The notes: a model not told the origin generated them from the letters alone. A DNA stretch of 62,960 bases, filler included, from Octopus bimaculoides (GCF_001194135.2; 4 parts of 4 records of this genome joined end to end with filler, not necessarily neighbours in it), one strand, 5' to 3'. Positions 1 to 12,990 are shown, numbered from the whole stretch's first letter. Translations and numbers: made by a program.

Positions 1-715
1 AGATAGAGAGATAGAGAGAGATAGAGAGAGTGAGAGAGAGAAAGAGAGAGTGAGAGAGAGAGAGAGAGAGATAGTAATCAGATGAAGCAACACAGAGTTG
101 TTTAAATTCAATGTCCCGCTATTGAACAAAATGACAAAATTCTGCTTCAGTAATAACTGAAATCCAAGCTAGATGGAACTTACCACCAGCTGAATGATTA
201 GAGCAGTCTTAAACGTATTGTTGGAGAACAAATCTTGCTAAAAAATAGCTGTATGACCTTCCTACCTGTTGCCACCATCACACGGTAAAGTCACTCGCGC
301 TTCGAGGTACATTGCTTGCGAACTAATCAAGAGCTTGCAAGAACTTCCAGGTCGTTCGAACATATGTATATCAACTCACAAGTGACGTCCCCAAAGACGT
401 CCTGCAACCAAGGACCGAGATGAATAGTGTGCACGAATTAAAAGCGTGTGAGCAACTCTAATAGATGAATAACAACTAAACCTAGGATTATATAATTATA
501 AGGATTCATTTTCGATATCAAAGAACCGTTAAAATAATTGGTAAAACGTTTTTCTTCCATTACTAAGGAAATTCCAAATTCATAACAAAATGCTTTGATC
601 GGCAGTATTTGCTGGTAATTTTTTTCTCGAACAAATGATATAATTAGATACGATTTTGTTTGATTTCTGTTTGTTTATACTGCGTGTGTGTAGTGTGTGT
701 GTAGTGTGTGTGTGC

Positions 716-755
<40 letters not shown>

Positions 756-1648
756 TTGTGGTGAATGAATGCAGATACGCTTGTTTATTTCCTTGTATCT
801 ATTTATATGAGAGTGATCGTGCGTGCACGTGTGTATCAGAACCAGGCATTATCTTTCCCACGCACAATTATAACGTATTTCAAAGAGAAATTTCGTTTAT
901 GTAAACACACACGCGCTCATACACACGCACACACACGCATACACACACGCACACACAGATGTGCTTATATATGCCTATATGTATATATGTAAACAAACAT
1001 ATGCATACACACATACACACAAACACAGACACACACACACATACACACATACGCACGCACACACACACACGCACACAAACATATATGCATACATACGAAC
1101 ATACACGCAAACAGAGACACACACACACATATATTGGTATATTTATATGAATTAATTATGTATATATATGTATATATATATGTATGTATATAATATATGT
1201 ATATATGTATATATATGTGTATGTAAAAGGATGTTTTATATGAAATATTTACAACAAACTTTTAGCGGTAATGTTTCAGCAGGGATCTATTGTCGAACCT
1301 ATAATTAGCGAGTGTTTTTAATGGATATCTGGTATTTTGCTGTAGAGAAGAAGAACAATTGATGATTTCTCGTTGGTTTTATTGTTTCAGATTTTCAGGT
1401 AGAGTTTCTTCTGCTATAATTATGAATGACTTTTCACATTAATGTACCTTCACTTTCAATTAACAAAACAATATTACTCAGCTTGATTACGAGATTCCTG
1501 TAGCTTTGACTCGATCAACGGTTTATGAAAACAAAGAAGCTGGAGAGACGGCCACTCTGCATCACTGAGATATGTTTGAAACATTTGATAATCTTTGTTA
1601 AGAGAATTTTGTGGAGATTTTGAAGTTAGGAAATTTTCAACTGTCACA

Positions 1649-1916
1649 ACTTTTGGAGTAAAGATTGTTTGCTAACATAACATGGCAGTCCTAGTTTAGG
1701 ACGAATGTTGCTGTAATTTAGCCCCAGGAGACATCATCTCCAGCTGGAGTGGGTGTGCTGAGTGGGGGTGCTAGATTCCTTTGTTCGAAAATATAAGGAC
1801 ACAGATCGTGTCGTATAGCCAGCTGGAGACGATGTCTCCTGGGGCTAAATTACAGCAACATTCATCCTAAACCAGGACTGCCATGTTATGTTGGCAAACA
1901 ATCTTTACTACAAAGT
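1649..1916. mobile_element. Foldback/MITE-like element with ~95-bp inverted arms and ~70-bp spacer
   Basis: Left arm ...gagtaaagattgtttgctaacataacatggcagtcctagtttaggacgaatgttgctgtaatttagccccaggagacatcatctccagctgg is the near-exact reverse complement of ccagctggagacgatgtctcctggggctaaattacagcaacattcatcctaaaccaggactgccatgttatgttggcaaacaatctttact... Confidence 0.8.
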
Positions 1917-2149
1917 ACTGTTGCTGAATATCTCTCGTGGTGAGATTTATAAATAGTAATTTTCTGTCACAACTTTTGTCATGATTGGAAAATTAGTAAG
2001 TCCTAAATTTAAACCCAATAAACGCAATTGATGCAGTATTTCAATAAAATAGCTATCTATGCATCATACCTAAGGTATACATACTATTTATAGGCAGGTC
2101 ACTGCTGTATTTTTCTAGAGATAACATCGCTTTTGTATCTTTTGTCTTT

Positions 2150-2383
2150 TATCTACTACTTGTTTCAGTCATTTGACTACGGCCATGCTGGGGCACCGCC
2201 GCGAATAATTTTTAGTTGAATTAAACGACCGCCGATACTTATATTCTTCAAAGCCTGGTATTTATTATATCGGCCTCCTTTGCCGAACCGCTGTATTACG
2301 GGAACGTAAACACACATGCAAACATAGGTTGTCAAGCGGTGGTGGGGTACAAATACAGGCATACAAACACACACACACAGAGT

Positions 2384-2426
<43 letters not shown>

Positions 2427-2598
2427 ATAAATGGATACACGAAGGGCTTCTTTCAGTTTCCGTCAACCAAATCCATTCACAAGGCTTTGGTTGGTCCGAG
2501 GCTATAGTAGAAGACACTTGCCCAAGGTGCCACGCAGTGGGATTGAACCAAGAACTCTGTTGGGAAGCAACCTTCTTCCCACACAGCCACGCCTGTGC
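2150..2598 (-). mobile_element. tRNA-derived SINE family B (CORE-like body, internal microsatellite), near full length
   Basis: Minus strand: A-box-like tggctgtgtgg, B-box ggttcaatccc, CORE-like ccttgggcaagtgtcttctactatag, internal (TCTA)n, tail ...gcatggccgtagtcaaatgactgaaacaagta that recurs across the window. Confidence 0.8.
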
Positions 2599-3328
2599 TC
2601 TTATGGATTTTCTGTGTTCAAAAACAATAAATAGAAAAAGAGGAAAACTCATCCCGCAGGGGCTGGTATGTTACCCCAGGGGTAAATATTGCATTAACTG
2701 GCCGATCAACACTGTGCATGCCTCAACTATTATAGACACAAGGCTATTTTACAAAACTTTAACGTTTTAAGTTAATATCAGAATAGATACTTACAAGTAT
2801 ATCGGATAATTTGACACAGAGTCATTTAAAAGTTCATTGACCAGAAAAACTGTTTTCGTCTTATCATTGAAATTATAAGATTGACGAGCCAAAGCGAGAG
2901 ACTTTAAGTGATCACTTGAGCTGCTTCTGCCAAATATTTTTTTGACTTCACAGTCCATTGCATAATGATGGTTTTGATACACTAATGTCTGAATAAAAGA
3001 GGGAATGGTTTTAAGGCTAGGACCGCCTAAATCCTAAGTTTGCTAATCGATAGTGCTAATCAATAGAAACAACATCAACAAAAGAACACATGCGATTACA
3101 GACTGATCATTTCCCAAGTTCACAGATAAAAAGCAATTAAAGATTAAGCAATTCTCCATCATATTTGTTATAAAGTTTATGCATGATGTGCATCGCCCAT
3201 CTAATTTCCTCCCCAGAAACTCTCATCTATTTCTAGAAGTATTCATTAATTATGACTGTACTAACTTCATTGCTTTTCATCAAATTAGTAGCGTTCTACA
3301 GAGCCACACCATAGAAAATAGAGCGTCA

Positions 3329-3532
3329 TGTTGGAATTCGTAGCCGTTCGTTTATAAACTGTTCAGTAGTTATAAAGTCACGTGACTTGGGCGAGAATGT
3401 TAAGACATACTTCTATAAATGTCAATATAATATGGATGATATTAGACATATTAACTGTTGCAATAATTCATGTGATAACGATGATTCTCGAAGAATAACC
3501 TGACTTATAAACGAGCTATGGTAACGACTACA
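3329..3532. mobile_element. Degenerate MITE-like inverted repeat
   Basis: Terminal segments cgttcgtttataaac / ttataaacgagctatggtaacg are imperfect inverted repeats. Confidence 0.35.
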
Positions 3533-3729
3533 TGAGTTTGAGGTGTGGTTAATACGATTTACGTTACAAATTAGCCTCAAGACAAATACACGGCGCGACA
3601 ATAGGATTCTTTTATTGCATCTGTGATTCTTTCGAAAATGCTTTAGAGAAATTTAACAGGAAGATTCAGTGAAATTTTCTAAAAAATATGTAGTCACCCA
3701 CCTAAATACATAAAACTATTTAGCTAGTC

Positions 3730-4700
3730 TAACATTGGGTTCGAGTTGCCGTTGGATGGCAAAAACTTAACCCATTTAGTTTAAAAACTGGAGTTAAGCA
3801 AGGATGTATACTGGTTTATGGACTGTTTATCTTCTACAACTATGTTATTACACTGTTACGCATAAGGTTAACATAGAGAAGGTGTCTCTATCAATTTCCG
3901 ACTCAATGTGAAGTTTTTCAATATAGGAAGGTCAAAGGCTACCAGGGAGCTTAAATCTAAGCAGATCATTGAGCTACAAATGCCGATGTCTCTGCCGTGG
4001 TAGCTCACACTTTGGAAGCCATACAGGCCGTCAGTACAGAAGCTATTACATTTCTGATATAGGAAGCCTAATTGCTAATGTTCAAAAAACCGAGGTCATC
4101 TGTCGATAGGTCCCTGCGTCTCTATCTATCCTGCCTTTCAGATACCGAGGCAGCATCATTTCCAAAGAGTGTACACTGTAAGAAGAGGAATCGTATCTCC
4201 TTCACACAGGCCTCTATAAGCCTTTGAGTGCGCAGCTTTTGAGTCTTTCTAAACAAACACCTCATCAGTCACATTAAAGTCCTCGTCTAATGATCAGTTT
4301 GTGTTTTCTACTCTTCCGTATGAGTGAGAGACATGGTCCAAATACAGTCAATACCTTAAGACCTATAACATTATTTGTTTTCAGATCTTTTCCGTCACGA
4401 GATATAATTATTTAAGCAGAAGCCAACAGAAGCAGCACTGGATCCACAGTATACAGACATCACATGAGATGGTTCTGACATGTAGTGCGCATGACGGAAT
4501 TGCATCAATCCTATAAAATACCCTACCTTCTTCTACACCATTATGAATGCTCAATAGGAGAATTAAAGTAACTATTCAAAGAGAAATTAAAGATCATTTG
4601 AAGAGGAACAGCATCAATCCTTTAAGGGGAGAACATACTGTTTTACATGGCTCACTTTGGCGGTTCTATATTAGGAAGGAGCATGGAGTAATAGACAATA
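3730..4700 (+). mobile_element. Decayed RTE-clade LINE, reverse transcriptase and C-terminal region
   Basis: Frameshifted motifs KTGVKQGCIL (3784-3813), I-ELQ-(Y)AD-SAVVAHT, KTEVI, STLxYxxETW and a C-terminal K-D-LK-like segment; many stops. Confidence 0.75.
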
Positions 4701-6400
4701 AACGCAATTGGTACTAACAAAGAGAGATAGAAAGAAAATGCTTGCACGTGGAGTTACACAAAATACCTCTCCTCAAAAAACAAACAATAAATGATAAACA
4801 AAAACAACAAAGACATTAATTTACCCTGTTCTGTTCGAAGCTGTACATTATAATTCTCATAAATGAAAGAGAAGACAGTCATTATTTTATTGGTTGGACA
4901 AGTATAATGAAGCGATATATGTTAAAGTTATCAACGGGTCGCCTAAATTTATGAGATTTAATTCTACCTTTAGAAAGAGTGAGATTGCTTAGAGAAACGG
5001 TTCCTTTAATCAATATAATTATTGATGTTGACATACTTAATATAGAAAGCCAGAACATTTTTAATAAATTAAAATGATACCAGTAATGAAGAAGAAAAAA
5101 ATCATTACATAAATGATTATTCGTGGTAGAGAGAGACAAGTAAAGCACTCTGAAATTTAAATGAATTAAAATTGATTAAAGAATGAATATGTTCCTGTAA
5201 TGTGGAATGTGTCTGGGTTTTGACAAGTACTGTGACAACTCTGGAAATTTCGGTCACTAAGTGGCATAAATTTGAACTAAGCTTATACGGGAAATATGTT
5301 CCACGTGTTTCTTGATTTAAATTTGAGTTCCAATTCTGTCAAAATCAATAGACACTTTAAAGTTATCTCGACGGATTTTCTATAGAATTTAGAGTCAACA
5401 CTGAAAGTTACGAAGTTTCATATAGGAATACATCGATGTAAACAATGCGATCGAAGATAGAAAAATAAACAATCGATATGTATACATACGTGAAGAGTTC
5501 TTGCTCCTTGTTTAGCACCGCATCCGCGAAATACGGTGTCTCTGAGGCCTAATCAAGTTTTACACTGTCGCAATGTGTCACATATTTGTAAATATATTTG
5601 GAAGTAATTTCTTTCATGAACGGGTGGAATATATTCGTTTGAATCAATCCGGTACATATCTGGCACGTAATTTTCTGATCTGTACAAATTGGAGGAAGAA
5701 TAAATCCGCTGGACTTGTAGCAAAAACCTAGAGAGATGAAATTAAATACAGTAAGATATTTAATCCGACACTCTATTGTACCTGTCACCGAAGAAAACTT
5801 TACAAAGTTAGCAGTCATGGTGAAAAGAGAGAGAGAGTAATATAAAACAATAAAGGATTCTGGAATCTTCTGTTACGTGTTTAACATAGCATCTTCATAT
5901 TAAACCAATCAAACTCGCTTTTCTGATAGAAATATTATTAACTCTGCTGACCAAGTTATCTTAATGAGACAGAAGTCAGTTAAACCCATTTTCAATGTTT
6001 TTTGTTTTCGGTGTTGTCTGTTGCATAGGATAAAGAGAATACATTATGGCTGGTACCTCAAACAACTATTAGAAAACAGACAATAACTGCTAATGTCTTC
6101 CAGGATATTTCTTTACTTAGAAATATTCGGAATTGCTTCTCCGATAAAGAAAAAAAAGAAACCGACGGAAAAGCGGAAATCTAGCACTTCTCAATTATCA
6201 ATAAAATCTGTGATAGAGAATCAAAGAAAAGGGGAAAATACGTGTATATCAGAGACTATTTTTTTTTCTGAGAGAGGATCGGGTATAAAACCTCGTTATT
6301 ATGGCGTGTTTAAGAGATAATTTTTAATTTAGTTTTCTTTCAGAGGACAGATTCTATCAAAGCCAAACGTATTTATCTCAATATGACTCGGGAAATATAT

Positions 6401-6491
6401 TTCTTCTTCTTCTTCTTCTTCTTCTTCTTCTTCTTCTTCTTCTTCTTCTTCTTCTTCTTCTTCTTCTTCTTCTTCTTCTTCTTCTTCTCCC

Positions 6492-6536
<45 letters not shown>

Positions 6537-6558
6537 CCTCCTCATCACCATCATCATC
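6401..6558. repeat. Compound (TTC)n-(CAT)n microsatellite
   Basis: Direct reading; source of the spurious poly-F/R/S/M ORFs. Confidence 0.97.
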
Positions 6559-7176
6559 GTTCTGCCTGTGGACGCTTTCATTGATGTATCAGATGGTTGT
6601 GAGCTGTTGTCAGATTTGCGCTCAGTCCTTCACAATCTTGAGACAAAGGCACGCTGTGATTCGTCTCCATTGATACCTGCCACTGTGCAACATAGACGTT
6701 TCAGAGAGAGAGAGAGAGAGTGTGTGTGAGAGAGAGAGTGTGTGTGTGAGAGAGAGAGAGTGTGTGTGTGAGAGAGAGAGAGATTGAGAGAGTTCAGTAC
6801 TTTATAAATCCCAGAAGGATGAACGTTAAGGTCAACCTCAAAGTCATTTGAATTTAGAGCGCAGTGAATCGAAAAACTACCGCAAGGTATTTTACCCGAG
6901 ATTTTCTTGATTCCTCTCTGTTTTAATTACAGTCAAGTTTTTTTTCTTCTCAATATGATGTCTGTCGCTGCACAGTATTATTTTACAAGAATATTAATTT
7001 GGAATATCCGATCAATGGTTAATGGCTGATATTTTCCCGTCTTTTATACAAATCGTACATAACGTAAATTCCCAGAGAAAGAAATACTCCAATAACAATA
7101 TTTTAGAATTGGTATGGATTTTAAGAATAACAACAACAATGACAACAACAGCAGCAACAACAACAGCACCACCACC

Positions 7177-7208
<32 letters not shown>

Positions 7209-7585
7209 CAAAAGCAATAAAAAATATCCTCTCGATATACTAAAATCATTTCAACTCAGATAATTACAAACCTATGAATATCTATGATCCGGTGACATTT
7301 ATTGAACCCATGAGGAATTATTTCGTTTGAAACAATCAATAACATTGTTAATTTTCCTGACTAGCTACTTCGATGTTTCATGAAGGCCTAAAGAAGCTGT
7401 ATCAATGGTGACATCTCAGTATTGTCTCATTCAGTTTTTCTTTATTATCCAAACCGTTTCATTTCTTAAAAAAAAAAAGAATCAGTGATTTTTACCAATG
7501 AGAATGTTAGCAGTTAAAATTGTGGCTGGGTGACCTGATGGTTTTTTCCCCAACTATATTACTTTAATATCATCGGGTGAGCAAA

Positions 7586-7817
7586 GTCGGCCAGCTGGCA
7601 GAAACGTTAGCACGCCGGGCGAAATGCTTAGCGGTATTTCGTCTGCCGCTACTTTCTGAGTTCAAATTCGGCTGCGGTCGACTTTGCCTTTCATCCTTTC
7701 GGGGTCGATTAAATAAATACCATTTATGCACTGGGGTCGATGTAATCGACATAATCCGTTTGTCTGTTCTTGTTTGTCCCCTCTGTGTAGCCCCTTGTGG
7801 GCAGTAAAGAAATAAGA
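7586..7817 (+). mobile_element. tRNA-derived SINE family A, tail type 2
   Basis: Head gctggcagaaacgttagc..gagttcaaattc (B box), central ctttgcctttcatcctttcggggtcgattaaataa, tail tttgtcccctctgtgtagccccttgtgggcagtaaagaaataag. Confidence 0.85.
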
Positions 7818-8529
7818 AACGTTAGCATGCCGAGCAAATGCAACTAGATCGCTATTAAATTACATCGTATTGTCTTAGAAAACAGGCAACATTAGATGTT
7901 GCAGCCTTGAGTAGTCAAATGTGATAATCCAGATTGGAAAGTCTTTGATCATGGTTCCACTTGGTCGTTATTGACAAAAGTGCTGTTTAGAAAAAGTTAC
8001 CTCAACAATTTCTTTTTTAACACGTTTGCATTTAATGTCGGCCTTAGTTTTATTGATAAAGAAATTTAGTTTTGACGATACTTTAGCACATATTGCAGTT
8101 CGTTCGGTAAGTTTCATTGCGTAGATTTCTCTTCGCTCCATGTTCAAATTTCACCAAACACCACAACTTTTATTATCTTTCATTCATCAGGAAAAGCGGA
8201 GCTCATAACTCTTTCGATACTGTTGGTAAGGAGGGAGAAATGTTTGAGGATCTTACTGCAAAATGAACATTGGTCAAGTGATCCGAGATGCCTGGTGCTG
8301 ATATAAAACTTGTTGATTAAGATAAGTCTACCATCCTGATAGACTGGCGGGATTTGCATTCAGGACGTAAAGTGCCGAGACAAATATTACAGGACATCCG
8401 ATCCGCTGTCCTTACATAATCTAACGCCTTGGATTGGTAGCTTTTTATCGATCCAGACATGTTGAAAGGCAAAGTCAATCTCGGCGATATTTGAATTCAG
8501 AGCACTGAGAATCGGGGATAAATATCAGT

Positions 8530-8728
8530 TCTAAACTTTGGTACAAATCTACCAATTTTGGTGTGTGTGTGTGGGGGGGGGGGGCGTAAGTCGATTACCT
8601 TGATGCCCAGTACTCAGTTGGTACTTATTCTATCGATCCCGAGAGGATAAAAGCAAAGTCTAACTTAGAACGTTGAGGCAGACGAAATACCGCTAAGCGT
8701 GCTAAAGATTCTGCAAGCTCGTTGCCTT
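8530..8728 (-). mobile_element. SINE family A copy (diverged)
   Basis: Reverse complement of head (gattctgcaagctcgttgcc) and central domain (tggtacttattctatcgatcccgagaggataaaagc). Confidence 0.7.
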
Positions 8729-9610
8729 GAATGTCTGGGATAAATACTACGAGGTTTTTTATTTGACGATCTTATTCGTCTCACGGCGATCGATAAAGTG
8801 GACATGGAATATATCACTCTTGGAAAGTTTTAGTTGATCATAGTTCTTAGCTACGCATGTATAGAAGCATTACATAAAGAACCAATGATCCTGTCTGATG
8901 GGTAGTTGAGCTTATAAAAATATATGATAGAGAGATCTTCCCATGGCAGTGGAAGATGTAACTTTTTGATAAACTGATTAAAAAGAAAACGTGATGGTCA
9001 TGGCTTGAATATATTCGCTCTGTTCGAACAAAGTTTGATTACAAACAACAGCAACAACAACTACAATAGTAAGTTATTTTTCTAAAGACAAAAGTTCTAT
9101 TTCCATTATTAGAAATAGGAAAAAAAAGTACAGAATTGGAATTAGATTTCCTCTTGAGAATGATCGTTGATTCCTGTTCTTACTGATTATATAAGCAGAA
9201 TGTTTCTTTGTACGTTATTCATTGAAAACGAATTTTGATATAATTGAAAATTTAAGAAAAGAATGAATTTCATTCAATGTTTTCTACTATGTTCAATGAA
9301 GTATCAACATTTATTATTTTATTTCATCTTCATTTTACTGGTTTATACCTTCACAGTACTCCTTCTGACTTGGTCGAACATATGATGGTACTTTTGTCTG
9401 ATCTATATTCTTTAGGATAAGAATTATCTAACTTCTAACTTGCTGAACGATTAATTTTGTTAGTATTTATTTCTATTTCGATATTACATCAATTGGTTTT
9501 AGGATGATCCGGATTTTCAATATAGATGCTTTGTTTTATTCTGTATACACTTGAAAGTAGTTTAGAAGCTAGATATTAACTGAATAAATATTACACTTTA
9601 TCATATTTAC

Positions 9611-10421
9611 TGTGCAACATTGCCTCCTTATCGATATCAAGATGTACGAAATCCATTGAAATTTCTAAGAAAGAGTAAAGGACGTAATATTAGCATGGTG
9701 TACAAATTTTACAGATAAAACACTGCAATCAGTGTAGCTTATTGTTATTACTTCATTGATTATTTCAGTAGATTTCAATAGCTAACTCTCTATATTGAAA
9801 TGCTGGCTGTACATAACAAAATACTAACTTTGCCGGTGGCGTCAACAAGAAGGGAAAATAATACCGCCACGCAAACAGTCTGCAGATGGAGTGCTCTGCA
9901 AATATGTAAAAACAAAGAGATAGAGCGAAGTCAAATAACATAAAATTTTTCCCACATAAAACATACATATTCACATATAAAGATAAATGTTGATTTATCC
10001 GATGCATTACTACCGTTAGATGAGCGACAGACTTGCTTTTATATGATTTTGATCAGATTTATCCACCAATAGGTCAGCTCTATTGACTTTAAAAAATAAG
10101 GCGTATGAGACGGAGTTTTAGACTTCCTTCAAAGTCTATGCAGTTAAACAGCGTCTAGGAAACTGAATTTAAACTGAAAGCATACCGCTTATATATACGC
10201 ACACGCATACACACACACACACGTTGGCACACACACAGACATACACACACATACACGCACACACGCACATACACTATATGTATGTATGTGTGTGTGCGTG
10301 TGTGTGGATGCATATGTCTATGTAAATATATATGTTTGTGCGAATGATTACCCTGTTGGTGCGCATCTTAAAACAGAGGTACCCCAACGGTTAGAAAAGA
10401 TCTGCAAATCTGATTTATATA
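9611..10421 (-). other. Candidate spliced transcript 5' end (TATA box plus three short exons), product unknown
   Basis: Minus-strand TATATAAA at 10421-10414; donor CAGG|gtaatc at 10352/10351; exon 9895-9829 (acceptor tttttacatatttgcag, donor AAA|gttagt); 164-nt intron with ctaat branch and ctttactctttcttag acceptor; exon 9664-9611 ending CACA|gtaaat. Splice-signal reading only. Confidence 0.3.
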
Positions 10422-10891
10422 TCGGTTACAGATAATCCATAACAAGTGTGTCTGACAAACGTCATGATGTCACGGTGTCCTATTTTCCTGTCTATAACGC
10501 CGAGATCCCGTTTCTATTTAAAAGAAATCATTATATACACTTGTGAACTTAACCCTATAAGAGGTTTGTCTTTATATATATTCAATATTGCACCATTGTC
10601 GCCTGGCAAGCATTAGGCATACTCTATTGAAATTCGAAACTTTCATAGTAGGGATTTATAGAAAAACTGTCTTCTGGAGTCAATGACGAAATGCCCTGTG
10701 TAATTTCAAGGATTTGTCCAATACAAACTATAACTAAACTGAGTCACAAAGTTTATTTGCAAATAATTCTTTTAAAAATGTATTTTTGAATTCTCTTTCC
10801 AGTTTGTATTAATTCATCGAATTAAGTTTTCAATCATGTATATTGTAATCTTAGCTGCAAAAAATTATTAAGGTATTTCAAGCAACAATAA

Positions 10892-11116
10892 TCCTTTCTA
10901 CTATAGGGACAAATCTTGAAAGTTTGGGTGTGTGTGTGTGAGGGGATAAATCGTTTACATCGATCCCCCAATGTTCCACTGGTAACTAAGCCATCGACCT
11001 CGAAAGGTGAAGGCAAAATCAACCTCGGCGGAATTTGAACTCAGAACGTAGAAACGCTTGAAATACTGCTAAAAGTGTTGCCCGGCGTTCTAATGATTCT
11101 GCCATCTCGCTGTCTT
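10892..11116 (-). mobile_element. SINE family A copy, tail type 1
   Basis: aatcctttctactataggg tail; aacctcggcggaatttgaactcagaacg; gattctgccatctcgc head, all reverse complement. Confidence 0.8.
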
Positions 11117-11331
11117 ATTTCAAGCGACAAGAATAGTGAACAATAATAATTCCTTACATTGGCATAAAGCTGTACATGTTAGGAAAATGGTGAGTAAGAC
11201 CGACCACACTTCTTGCCAAGTCTCTCAAAGACAAGAAGGTAAAATGGGTGTTAAGGGAACTGAACTCAGATTGCGAAGAGACGTTACGATTCTCTTAATC
11301 CCTCGTTCGTAACAGACATCATTAATCTCTG

Positions 11332-11497
11332 TATTGCCCACAGGGGGCTAAACATAGAGGGGACAAACAAAGACAGACAAAGGGATTAAGTCGATTATAT
11401 CAACCCCAGTACGTAACTGATACTTATTTATTCGACCCTGAAAGGATGAAAGGCAAAGTCGACCTCGGCGGAATTTGAACTCAGAACGTAAAGACAG
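11332..11497 (-). mobile_element. 5'-truncated SINE family A copy, tail type 2
   Basis: tattgcccacagggggctaaacatagaggggacaaac...gaaaggatgaaaggcaaagtcgacctcggcggaatttgaactcagaacg; flanked by near-direct repeats gtaacagacat(c/t)atta. Confidence 0.8.
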
Positions 11498-12074
11498 TGT
11501 AACAGACATTATTACACTTACTATGTTTTGATTTCTAACTATTGGAGTAAAAACTGTAAATGGGTTAATCAACTAATCACCTTGCTGGTATTATTTTATC
11601 GATCGTAGTTGCAGGTAATGGAGAAAGTAAAATCGACATTAGTGTGCTGAGACTTCGGACTAAACGAACACAAACACATACACACACACATATAATAAGG
11701 GCATAGAAAAAATTCTAGCCGATATGCTGAAAATAGACGCTAAATCGTCCCACCCCTTAAAAAAATCCTCACAAAGTTACACACGTGCTGAAATCGGTGG
11801 AGCAAGCTAACAGAAATTAATAACAATATGGATAGCTCTGGATTGATCAAATTCCGGATTTGCCCAATGGTTTTTCCTCGTCAGCAGAGCATACTTATAG
11901 GAAATAAATGAGATATACATATGCACAGGAAAGCAAACGCAAAGACATAACTAAATATAAATACCACAGATACATCCAACAGCGAATTTCGTAGCTTCCC
12001 TCAGCACATGTGTATTGGATCATAGTAGCACATAAGTGGTTATGCCGAAGTGAATAAAAATCTTTCAATCATAA

Positions 12075-12990
12075 TATTAGGTCGTTAAGTATGAAATTTG
12101 TAGAAAAGAAAAATAAGTTTGCTAATGTTTTATAAATACAAGGAATAGTTTTATTAATCAAAGTATGCACCATATTGTCAATATAATTTTGCCATTTCAG
12201 CGGTATCTTGTCCAGGCCGGAACTGTAAAGTTTGTCAACCTAGAGTCAATAAAATCTTGGAAGGCCTGTTTTACAGCGTCGTCGAATTTAATTTTTTTCC
12301 TATCAAAAAGTTATCCAAAGAAATGGTAGTCAGTGGGAGCAAGAATAAGTGAGTATGGTGGATGATGGAGAACTTCCAACTCCAACTTCTCTAGTTTCGC
12401 CAATGTGTGGTCTGGCGTTGTCTTGCAATAAAATAGGAGTGGATCTGTTGACTAATCTACGATGTTTTTTTTCGTAAGTTTCTGCATAATTTGGTCCAGT
12501 TGTCTGCAGTATACTTCGGCCGTGATTGAAGAGTCAGGTTTAATGAAATCATAATGGATCACACCTGTGCCAGACCACCGAACACACACCATCAGCTTGT
12601 TTTGATGAATTTTGTTTTTTGGACTCTGATTTGGTGGCTCGTCTTTGTCTAACCATTGTGCTGAACGTTGAATTCATGTGGAACCCACTTATCCAACTTT
12701 TTCACTTGACCGATTTGAACTAGGTGAGTCAATATTGCTTGCTAACACCAAACAACAACGATAATTCACGGGCGCTTTGAGATGGATGTGACTCGATGGC
12801 TGCTTTCAGTTCGTCATTATCCACCTTTGTTTCTGGTCGACCGCTTTGCTCATTTGTGAGGTCAAAGAAACCAGAACAAAATTCTGCAAATTCTGCAACA
12901 ATATTGAAGACATTAGTAAAATTCTATTCAAGTGTCCAAATACTTTGAAAGGAATATAGTTGATTTAGCTGACACCTATTTATGTCTAAT
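12075..12990 (-). mobile_element. Decayed, internally deleted mariner transposon
   Basis: Minus-strand fragments FCSGFFDLTNEQSGRPETKVDNDELKAAIE, VPHE, ILLQDNARPH, EVLHHPPYSLILAPTDYHFF, AFQDFIDSR; TGDEKW region missing; ends start tattag. Confidence 0.88.

Noticed and set aside
656-1220. ORFs rich in CV/HT/YI repeats (also 6378-6673, 16220-16694, 20125-20463, 44774-45334, 54336-54988, 61374-61759)
   Set aside because: Translations of di-, tri- and tetranucleotide microsatellites; no protein evidence.
2500-2598. tRNA-like A/B boxes here and in other SINE heads
   Set aside because: No full cloverleaf; they continue into SINE bodies, so they are not tRNA genes.
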